This document shows, one piece after another, positions 54,367 through 61,344 of a stretch of 64,000 nt of DNA. The stretch is from Verrucomicrobiota bacterium (GTDB lineage: Bacteria > Verrucomicrobiota > Verrucomicrobiia > Limisphaerales > BJHT01), in contig BJHT01000001.1 of the NCBI GenBank assembly GCA_014193395.1, positions 14,112 through 78,111 of the forward strand, written 5' to 3'. The notes beneath the pieces were generated by a model. The model did no database searches. It saw only the letters and a program-made list of their open reading frames with translations, and was not told the DNA's origin. The number at the start of each line of letters is the position of its first letter. The stretch's first letter is position 1. The translations under genes and the position numbers were made by a program.

Positions 54367-54837
54367 ATGCGCTCGCCCGATCTTTGGTTTTCCGCCGGCT
54401 GTTTTCTCCTGGTCCTGGCCGGCTGCGCCACGGGCAAGAAACTTGTCACCACCACCGGCAAGGTCGTGGGCGTGACCGCGACAACCGCCATCACCACCGG
54501 CGGAAAGATCGCCAGTGCGACGATCGCCGGGGGCGTGAGCGTGGCGAAGACTGTGGTGACCACCACCGGTTCCGTCGCCGGCTCCCTGGCCAAAACCGCC
54601 GTCGTCACCGTCGTGGACTGCGCGACCGGGGTGACGCAGCAAATCCCCTGGACTGAGGGCATGAAACTCTATGCCGCCACCAAAACCACCGAGGCCGACG
54701 CGGCTCTCAAGGCGTTCGAAATCCTGCGTGGCTCCCAAGTCATCCCCGCCGCCAATCCCGACAAGCCCACGACGAACGCACCGGAACCGCTCCTGCAGCC
54801 CGGCGACGTCATCAATGTCAGTCCGCTCGAACCATGA
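54367..54837 (+). CDS. Lipoprotein with Thr/Gly/Val-rich low-complexity region
   Basis: Lipobox LVLAGCA. The low-complexity region is TTTGKVVGVTATTAITTGGKIASATIAGGVSVAKTVVTTTGSVAGSLAKTAVVTVV. Confidence 0.65.
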   Translation: MRSPDLWFSAGCFLLVLAGCATGKKLVTTTGKVVGVTATTAITTGGKIASATIAGGVSVAKTVVTTTGSVAGSLAKTAVVTVVDCATGVTQQIPWTEGMKLYAATKTTEADAALKAFEILRGSQVIPAANPDKPTTNAPEPLLQPGDVINVSPLEP

Positions 54838-54970
54838 GGCGCCCGGCGAATCAACCGCCCTCGCGCGGCACGGGGACGGCCGGCGGCAGATGGCACGAGG
54901 GGCGGGGACCATGACGGAATTCCAAAGGGCTCGCGGCTTGCGGTTTCCTGCACGATCGGTGCGCGTTCGA

Positions 54971-55173
54971 GCAGTCCGGCAGGACGACCGAAAATAGCCC
55001 AGCACTTGAGTGCTGGGTTGGTGGCGGGGAAGCGGAAAGTCCCGGCAGGGACGAAAGAGGCCGGACGACGCGCGTTTTCTGTCGTCCCTGACGGGACTTG
55101 GTTCGCTACCGCCGCAGACCCAGCACTGAAGTGCTGGGCTATTGTCTTTCGCCCGCTGGGCTGGGGATGGGAA
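54971..55173. repeat. ~200-bp MITE-like element (family 'AAAATAGCCCAGCACTTGAGTGCTGGG'), copy 2
   Basis: It aligns end to end with 19967..20170. Confidence 0.9.
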
Positions 55174-55254
55174 CCCGAGGGCGTGCAATAAACTGCGAGG
55201 TGCCCGCAACCTGGTGGCGCGCTGCGGCTGGTCTCCGCGACACAGCCGCGCTCC

Positions 55255-56448
55255 TCAGGCCGGAATCTCGAACAGATACACCGGCGACGTGTTGCCCGGA
55301 TAGGAGCCGTCGGCGGTTTTCGGACGACCGTTGCCGGCGCTGGCCTTGTTCATCGAGACGACGGCAAAGCGTTTGGCGTCGGGGTGTAGGGTGACGGAGT
55401 GGCAGTTGGCCAGCGCCGTGTGGGTGAAGAACGGCTCCTTCTCGCCGAGGCGCAGGAACATGACCTTGCCGTTGCCGGGCTGGCCGCTGGTGACGAGGAT
55501 CAGGTAGCCGCCGGGATGCGCGGCGACATCGAGGACGAAGCCGTCTTTGGCCGCGCCGAAACGCCAGTCGGACTGCGGTTTGCCGGTCGCGACGTCGAAG
55601 CGCAGGAGCGCGGGCGCGCCTTCGAGGAAGCCGCCGCCCGCGGGTTCACAGCCGCCGACGAGCAGGGATTTGCCACCGTCAATGAACGCGAGCATTCGCA
55701 GTCCGGCCACGTCCTGCAGGCGCGAGAGTTTGTGAAAAACGGAGGCATCGAATTCGCGCACGGGTTTTTGCGTGGCGAAATCCCAGAGCGTGACGCGGCC
55801 TTTCAAGTCGGCGAATGCAACGAGCTTGCCCTCGGGCGCAAAGGTCACGGCGAAGACGTCCTCGGGCGCGCGGTGCTCGGTGACGAGTTTGCCGGCGGTG
55901 GTCCAGATGCGGACGAACTGGTCGCGGCCGCAGGTCGCGAGGTGCTGGCCGTCGGGGGAGACGGCGAGGCGGCGAATCCAGCCGTCGTGCGCGGCGGCGT
56001 TTTCCCACAGGGGCTTGGGCGCGTCGCCTTCGTAGGGGGTGGCGAGGAGCCTGCCCCAGGTGTCGGCGACGTAGAGGACTTTTTCCTTGGGATGGAACGC
56101 GAGGTTTTGCACCCAGCCGTTGCAGCCGGTGAGATGCGGCAGGGGCACGAGTTCGACGGGGGAGTCTTCGGCGGGCGGCTTCGCGGCTTTGGCGGGCTTG
56201 GTGTTTTTGGGCGCGGCTTTTTTCGGGGCGTCGTCGAGGAGGTCGATGTCCGCTGCGGCTGCGGCGGCGGGCGCGGGCGGGGCCTTCTTTTTCTCGACGA
56301 CGCTCCAGCGGCGCACGGTGCCCTCGAACGCGCCGGCGGCGAGGAAATTGCCGCACGGGCTGAAGCGCGCGATGGCGAGCTGGCGGTCGCAGGGGAACAT
56401 CTTGAGTTCCTTGGGCGGGACAAAACTGGCGGCGGGTTGGTCGGGCAT
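55255..56448 (-). CDS. WD40/beta-propeller repeat protein
   Basis: WD-like strand endings are present (VRRWS, VRIWT, VTLWD). A Lys/Ala/Pro-rich insert lies after the first blade. The gene follows a DUF1501 gene. Confidence 0.75.
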   Translation of the reverse strand: MPDQPAASFVPPKELKMFPCDRQLAIARFSPCGNFLAAGAFEGTVRRWSVVEKKKAPPAPAAAAAADIDLLDDAPKKAAPKNTKPAKAAKPPAEDSPVELVPLPHLTGCNGWVQNLAFHPKEKVLYVADTWGRLLATPYEGDAPKPLWENAAAHDGWIRRLAVSPDGQHLATCGRDQFVRIWTTAGKLVTEHRAPEDVFAVTFAPEGKLVAFADLKGRVTLWDFATQKPVREFDASVFHKLSRLQDVAGLRMLAFIDGGKSLLVGGCEPAGGGFLEGAPALLRFDVATGKPQSDWRFGAAKDGFVLDVAAHPGGYLILVTSGQPGNGKVMFLRLGEKEPFFTHTALANCHSVTLHPDAKRFAVVSMNKASAGNGRPKTADGSYPGNTSPVYLFEIPA

Positions 56449-56511
56449 GGCGGGAGCGGGTTGGGGGGTTAAAGCGTTGGAAGAAGGCGGGGCTGCGGTG
56501 TGTGGCGAGTC

Positions 56512-56581
56512 GTAGCCGCCGACGTGAGGAGGCGGATCGGGCGCTGGGCGGGGGACTCCGCCTCCTCACGTCGGCGGCTAC
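56512..56581. repeat. Palindromic element GTAGCCGCCGACGTGAGGAGGCGGA...TCCGCCTCCTCACGTCGGCGGCTAC, copy C
   Basis: The arms are a perfect 25 nt. It lies in the intergenic gap between the DUF1501 stop and the WD40 start. Confidence 0.95.
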
Positions 56582-56602
56582 AGGGTGTGTGAACCCAAGT
56601 CC

Positions 56603-57883
56603 TCACGCGAGCGCCTCCTTGATCGGGGCCATCTCGTCGTGGGCGAGCGGCAGGGGCTGGCTGTTGTTGTTGTATTCCACTTTTTTGGAGTCGATGCCGA
56701 GGGCGTTGAACCAGGTGTGGAAGACCGCGCCGATGTCGTGGCCCGCGTCCTTCACGTCGGTGCCCTGGTCGTTCGTCGCACCAACGACCGCGCCGGCTTT
56801 CAGGCCGCAGCCGGCCATCGCGATGCTCCACGCCTCGGGCCAGTGGTCGCGGCCGACGTGGCCGTTGATGCGCGGGGTACGGCCAAACTCGCTCATCGCA
56901 ATGACGAGCGTCTGCTCAAGCAGGCCGGTCGCGGCGAGGTCCTCGACGATGGCGGCGAAGGCGCGGTCGAACTTTGGCACGAGCGAGGCGTGGGCGTTGA
57001 AATTATCGCCGTGGGTGTCCCAGCCGTAGCTGTTGACCTTCACGAAGCGCACGCCGGCCTCGATCATGTTGCGCGCGATGAGCATGTGCTGGCCGATCTC
57101 GGTGCGGCCGTAGCGGTCGAGTTCCTTCGCAGCCATTTTGCTCGTGTCGAAAATCTCGGCGCGTTTCATCAGCTCGCGCGCGGTGTCGAAGACGTAGCTG
57201 CTGGCTTCGGTGAACGCGGGGCGGCGTTGCGCGGCGTAGCGTTTGTTCAGCAGTTCCCGCAGCTCGTTGCGCTCGTCGTCCTCGTCGGCGGTGAGCGCGG
57301 CGGGGCGGAGTAAATCCTCGGGCGGCTTGCCGTCACCGAACGCGAGCGAGCCGTATTTCGGCCCGAGAAAACCGGCGTCCTCGGTCTTGAATCCGCCGCT
57401 GCCGGGCTTCACCCAGACGTAGGGCGGAAGCTTCGAGGCGGTCGGTCCCATGAGCTTGGCGATGGCGGAGCCGAAGTAGGGATAGGCGACGCCGCGGTTC
57501 TTCGGATCACCGCGCTGGATGCGGGCGACGCCGGACGAGTGGGCGTTGTCCTTGGTGCAGAGATTGCGAACGATGCAGAGGCGATGGGCCTGCTTGGCGG
57601 ACTGCGGCATGAGTTCGGAAAAGTGCGTGCCGGGCACGCTGGTCTTGATGGTGCGGAACGGCCCGCCGAACTCGGTGTTCGGCTTCGGATCCCAGCTCTC
57701 CAACTGGCTGATGCCACCATCAAGCCAGACGAAGAGGACCTGCTTCTCCTTTTTGCGCAGGGCCTCGGCGGCTTGGGGTGAGACGAGTCCGCCGAGCGCG
57801 CCGAGCGCGAGCGCGCCGGCGGACGCGCCGAGGAACTGGCGGCGCGAGGTGGTGTGTTCCCAGGGTTTGCAAAGGGGGTTCAT
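56603..57883 (-). CDS. DUF1501 domain protein, Tat signal
   Basis: TSRRQFLGASAGALALGA, WDTHGDN, SEFGRTP and GRDHWP. Confidence 0.9.
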   Translation of the reverse strand: MNPLCKPWEHTTSRRQFLGASAGALALGALGGLVSPQAAEALRKKEKQVLFVWLDGGISQLESWDPKPNTEFGGPFRTIKTSVPGTHFSELMPQSAKQAHRLCIVRNLCTKDNAHSSGVARIQRGDPKNRGVAYPYFGSAIAKLMGPTASKLPPYVWVKPGSGGFKTEDAGFLGPKYGSLAFGDGKPPEDLLRPAALTADEDDERNELRELLNKRYAAQRRPAFTEASSYVFDTARELMKRAEIFDTSKMAAKELDRYGRTEIGQHMLIARNMIEAGVRFVKVNSYGWDTHGDNFNAHASLVPKFDRAFAAIVEDLAATGLLEQTLVIAMSEFGRTPRINGHVGRDHWPEAWSIAMAGCGLKAGAVVGATNDQGTDVKDAGHDIGAVFHTWFNALGIDSKKVEYNNNSQPLPLAHDEMAPIKEALA

Positions 57884-58230
57884 ATTGTTGATTGGCTCTT
57901 AAACCGGTTTTTGATCCTTAGCGCTGACTCTTCTAGGTGGAGAATCTTCGTAACTCGCCCGTGAGCCACAACCTTCTGTCCCTCTCGAACCTGAAACTCC
58001 ATTTCGGGATGGACACGATTAAGATGAGCGTCGGGACTAAGAAACCGAAGCAACACTCGGGCGGTTTGGCCCGGATATACCCACTCAACGTCGGGATATT
58101 CGTGATGGGCATCCCAATCGTGGCCATCGTAGTAGAATTGCGATCGGTAACCCGATCGAGCCGGTGTCTTTCGTCCGCCTTGTGCCGAGGACACAAACGT
58201 GATTTCAGCCTCAATGTCTGGAGGATACAT
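57880..58230 (-). CDS. Stand-alone EF-Tu domain III-like protein
   Basis: The 116-aa ORF aligns by eye with EF-Tu domain III through GGRKTPARSGYRSQFYY, YPGQ and FQVREGQKVVAHGRVTKIL. It lies in a low-G+C segment. Its stop overlaps the DUF1501 ATG. Confidence 0.7.
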   Translation of the reverse strand: MYPPDIEAEITFVSSAQGGRKTPARSGYRSQFYYDGHDWDAHHEYPDVEWVYPGQTARVLLRFLSPDAHLNRVHPEMEFQVREGQKVVAHGRVTKILHLEESALRIKNRFKSQSTI

Positions 58231-58306
58231 AGATAGTGCTAACTTGGATCCAAGCTAGACGCCTGACCAGAAACTGGAGAGGCAATGGCATGGGGGCTAG
58301 GACTCA

Positions 58307-59998
58307 TCAGTGATTCGTAAAAAACTCCATGCTCGACAACATCGCCCACGCGAAATGCCCGAGCGCCTTCTCGCGGTCGGCGGAGTGTTTGGCCAGATAC
58401 TTGGAGAGCGCGGCGGTCTCCTCGGGCGCGGGCGGGCGGGCGAGGATGCTGTGGAAGAGTTCGTCGGCGATGGGCGCGGGTTCCTTCAGTGCGGCGACGC
58501 GGGCGAGGAGATTGCCGGGACGCGGCTGGAGCGACCAGAGCACGAGGTCGTTGTTCCGCAGGAAGAGCGCGGCGCGGAGGGTCGGGTTGACACTGAGTTC
58601 GGGTTCCTTGGCAGCGTTGGCGAAGGCGTTGAGAAAGGCTTTCTCGAAATCTTTCTGCGTGTGCTTTTTGCCTTCGATGCCTTCCCAGCCTTTGCCGGCG
58701 ACGACGCGTTCGTGCTCGCCGATGGCGGCGATGAAGGCGCGGGCGAGCTGCTCGGCGGAGAGCGGGCGTTCCTTCGCGACGGTGAAAAGTTCCTCGGGCG
58801 GATTCTTCGCGTCCGCGGGGAGCAGGCTCGTGCGCTGATAGGTCTGCGTGAGCGCGAGTTCGCGGATGAGCCAGCGGAGGTCGAATTTGTGCGCGGTGAT
58901 TTCCTTCGCGAGCAGGTCGAGGAGTTCGGGATGCGATGCGGGATTGTCGCTGTGCAGGAGGTCGAGCGGCTCGACGAGGCCGCGGCCCATGACCTGCCAC
59001 CAGACGCGGTTGGCGAGGTTGCGGGCGAAGAGCGGATTTTCCGGCGAGGCGATTTCCTGCGCGAGCGCCTTGAGCGGACTGAACTTCGGGACTCCAGGGG
59101 CGCGTGTTTTTTTATCTGGCGGCACGGTCCAAAGTTCGTCCTTCGCCGGGTCGGGCAGCGGCACCTCGACACCGAGCGGCACGCGCGGGCCGGTCGCGCC
59201 TTTCGCGCTGCTGAGGACGGAGATGAACTCGTATTTGTTGGTCAGCAGGCCCTCCTGCAACCACGCGGTTTTGTACTCGCCGCCGGCGGCCTGGAGCTTC
59301 GTGTTTTGGAACGCGACGAAGAGGCCGTTGAAATCCACCTGCTTGTAATCTTTCACCGTGAGGTGCTTGTGGCACTGGCAGCATTGCAGGTCCACGCCCA
59401 TGAACAGGCGGCCCGCGTCGCGCGTGACGCCGGGATAGTCGGTGTCCTGCTGGCCGACCTTTTCGAGGCGGCGCGTGATGAAGTAGCCCGCGCCGCGCAG
59501 TTTTTCGTTCTTGAAATCCGGACCGAGAATCTCGCGCGCCATCTGGTCCCACGGCTTGTTCGCGCGGAAGGAATCGGTGAGGTAACGCCGCCACTCGGCA
59601 TTGTCGCCGTTGCGCTCCATGAGCTGGATGTGGAACGCCTCGGCCATCTGCTCCGCAAAGCGCGGCGCGGCGATGAGCTGCTCGATGAGCTTGGCGCGTT
59701 TGTCCGGGGATTGGTCGGCGCGAAATTTCCGCGTTTCTTCGGCGCTGGGAATGGTGCCGCTGAAATCCAACGAGACGCGGCGGAGAAATTCGGCATCGTC
59801 CGCGGGCGGCGCGAGCGGTTGTTTGGCGGCCGCAGCCTTGGCGTTGATGAGCTGGTCGATGCGCGCCGCGATCGATTCGGCGGCGGCGGCATCGGCACCG
59901 GCACCGGCGCGGCCGAAGACCCCGAACGCCACGAGCAGAAAAACAAGCCCGCTGAGGGAGCGGGCGCGCGGGTGGCGGGTGGGTGCCGGGATGTGCAT
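58307..59998 (-). CDS. DUF1549 (PSCyt2) / DUF1553 (PSD1) protein
   Basis: The start is at MHIPAPTRHP with a signal peptide. The motifs are FLRRVSLDFSGTIPS, CCQCHKH and NRVWWQVMGRGLVEPLD. The C-terminus is MEFFTNH. Confidence 0.85.
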   Translation of the reverse strand: MHIPAPTRHPRARSLSGLVFLLVAFGVFGRAGAGADAAAAESIAARIDQLINAKAAAAKQPLAPPADDAEFLRRVSLDFSGTIPSAEETRKFRADQSPDKRAKLIEQLIAAPRFAEQMAEAFHIQLMERNGDNAEWRRYLTDSFRANKPWDQMAREILGPDFKNEKLRGAGYFITRRLEKVGQQDTDYPGVTRDAGRLFMGVDLQCCQCHKHLTVKDYKQVDFNGLFVAFQNTKLQAAGGEYKTAWLQEGLLTNKYEFISVLSSAKGATGPRVPLGVEVPLPDPAKDELWTVPPDKKTRAPGVPKFSPLKALAQEIASPENPLFARNLANRVWWQVMGRGLVEPLDLLHSDNPASHPELLDLLAKEITAHKFDLRWLIRELALTQTYQRTSLLPADAKNPPEELFTVAKERPLSAEQLARAFIAAIGEHERVVAGKGWEGIEGKKHTQKDFEKAFLNAFANAAKEPELSVNPTLRAALFLRNNDLVLWSLQPRPGNLLARVAALKEPAPIADELFHSILARPPAPEETAALSKYLAKHSADREKALGHFAWAMLSSMEFFTNH

Positions 59999-60085
59999 GA
60001 CGCGTAGCCGGACGGGCGGCGCGGGGGAACTATTGAAGCACAAGCGGGGAGCGTGCGTGCGCGGCGCGCGGTCCGACCTTGCCCC

Positions 60086-60193
60086 GGTACCGCAGGCGTC
60101 CTCGCCTGCGAGTTCGGGCGGCGTCTCGCCGCCCGGACCGATTGCCGGGGCGAGGACGCCCCGCAACTCGCAGCCGGGGACGGCTGCGGTACC
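60086..60193. repeat. GC-rich inverted repeat GGTACCGCAGGCGTCCTCGCC ... GGCGAGGACGCC..CTGCGGTACC
   Basis: The inverted repeat has a split right arm. It lies in the divergent gap between 59998 and 60268. Confidence 0.7.
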
Positions 60194-60267
60194 GCGTTGC
60201 GCTCGCCGCGCTCGCCGCCGAAACCATTCGTTGGCAGCCGCAGGGCCGGTCGGTAGGTTCCGCGCCC

Positions 60268-60837
60268 ATGTCTGCTGCGACCCATTCCCCCATGCCTGTC
60301 CGGCGCTCTCCGGCGCTCCAGTCGCTCAACCGGCTCATCTTCTTGAGCCGCTGGTTGCAGGCCCCGCTCTATCTCGGCCTCATCGTCGCGCAGGGCGTGT
60401 ATGTCTATCGGTTCATGGTCGAGCTGTGGCACCTCATCACCAAGACCACCTCGATTCAGGAGGCGGAAATCATGCTCATGGTCCTCGGGCTGATCGACGT
60501 GGTGATGATTGCCAACCTGCTCGTCATGGTGATCGTCGGCGGCTACGAAACCTTTGTGTCGCGGCTCAACCTCGAGGGGCATCCCGACCAGCCCGAGTGG
60601 CTCTCGCACGTAAACGCCGGCGTGCTCAAGGTGAAGCTGGCGATGGCGCTCATCGGCATTTCCTCGATCCATCTGCTCAAGACTTTCATCAACGCCCAGT
60701 CCCTCTATGAAAAGTCCGGGGCCATTGCGGACAAGGTCATCCTGTGGCAGGTGCTCATTCACCTCACGTTTGTCGTGTCAGCGCTCATGCTGGCGTGGAT
60801 CGACCGGCTGATCGCGCCGCCGAAACCGGAGCATTGA
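60268..60837 (+). CDS. yqhA: UPF0114 family inner-membrane protein
   Basis: It is collinear with E. coli YqhA as recalled from memory: SRWL.AP.YLGL, GGYE.FVS.L and SSIHLLK.F....HLTFV.SA....DRL. Confidence 0.85.
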   Translation: MSAATHSPMPVRRSPALQSLNRLIFLSRWLQAPLYLGLIVAQGVYVYRFMVELWHLITKTTSIQEAEIMLMVLGLIDVVMIANLLVMVIVGGYETFVSRLNLEGHPDQPEWLSHVNAGVLKVKLAMALIGISSIHLLKTFINAQSLYEKSGAIADKVILWQVLIHLTFVVSALMLAWIDRLIAPPKPEH

Positions 60838-60944
60838 ATGGAAGGATGAAGCGACCGGCTTTCCCGGTCACGGGCGCTGCCCGCCGCGGCAGCGCAAACC
60901 CGCAGTTGCCGCCACGCGACTCCTTGACCAAGCTCTCCTCCGTC

Positions 60945-61343
60945 ATGCCCGAAGCGCCACGCATCCTCTACTGCCACTGCCAATACGCCCAAGTCGTCCC
61001 GCCCGAGGTGAAGGCCGCGGTGTTGAAAAAACTGTGCGACTCCGGCGTGGCCTTCGACGCCGTGGCCGATCTCTGCGAACTCAGCGCCCGCCAGGATCCT
61101 TCGCTCCAGCGCCTCGCCGACGGCAGTCCGGTCAAGATCGCCGCCTGTTTCCCGCGCGCCGTGAAATGGCTCTTCCACACCGCGAAAGCCGACCTCCCGC
61201 TCGATGCCGCCGAGGTGCTGAACATGCGCGTGCAGAGCGCCGAGGAAGTCTGCGCCGCGCTGTTCAACGGCACGGTGACGGCGAATCTGCCGAAGGGAAA
61301 AGTCACCGGCAGCGACGCGCCAAAAGCCGCGCCCGCCTCCTGA
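60945..61343 (+). CDS. Small Cys-rich protein (putative redox/Fe-S), translationally coupled to the DUF1592-family gene
   Basis: ILYCHCQYAQVVPPEVKAAVLKKLCDSG..DLCEL..IAACFPRAVKWLF. The start is ambiguous (ATG 60945 or ATG 60846). The stop lies 1 nt before the next ATG. Confidence 0.55.
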   Translation: MPEAPRILYCHCQYAQVVPPEVKAAVLKKLCDSGVAFDAVADLCELSARQDPSLQRLADGSPVKIAACFPRAVKWLFHTAKADLPLDAAEVLNMRVQSAEEVCAALFNGTVTANLPKGKVTGSDAPKAAPAS

Positions 61344-61344
61344 C

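Noticed and set aside
55034-55046. GGAAAGTCCCGGC, and GGAAAGTCCCGAC at about 20031, which resemble the RNase P RNA P4 motif GAGGAAAGTCCGGGC.
   Set aside because: Both occurrences lie inside copies of a 200-bp dispersed repeat. None of the other conserved RNase P regions is present.
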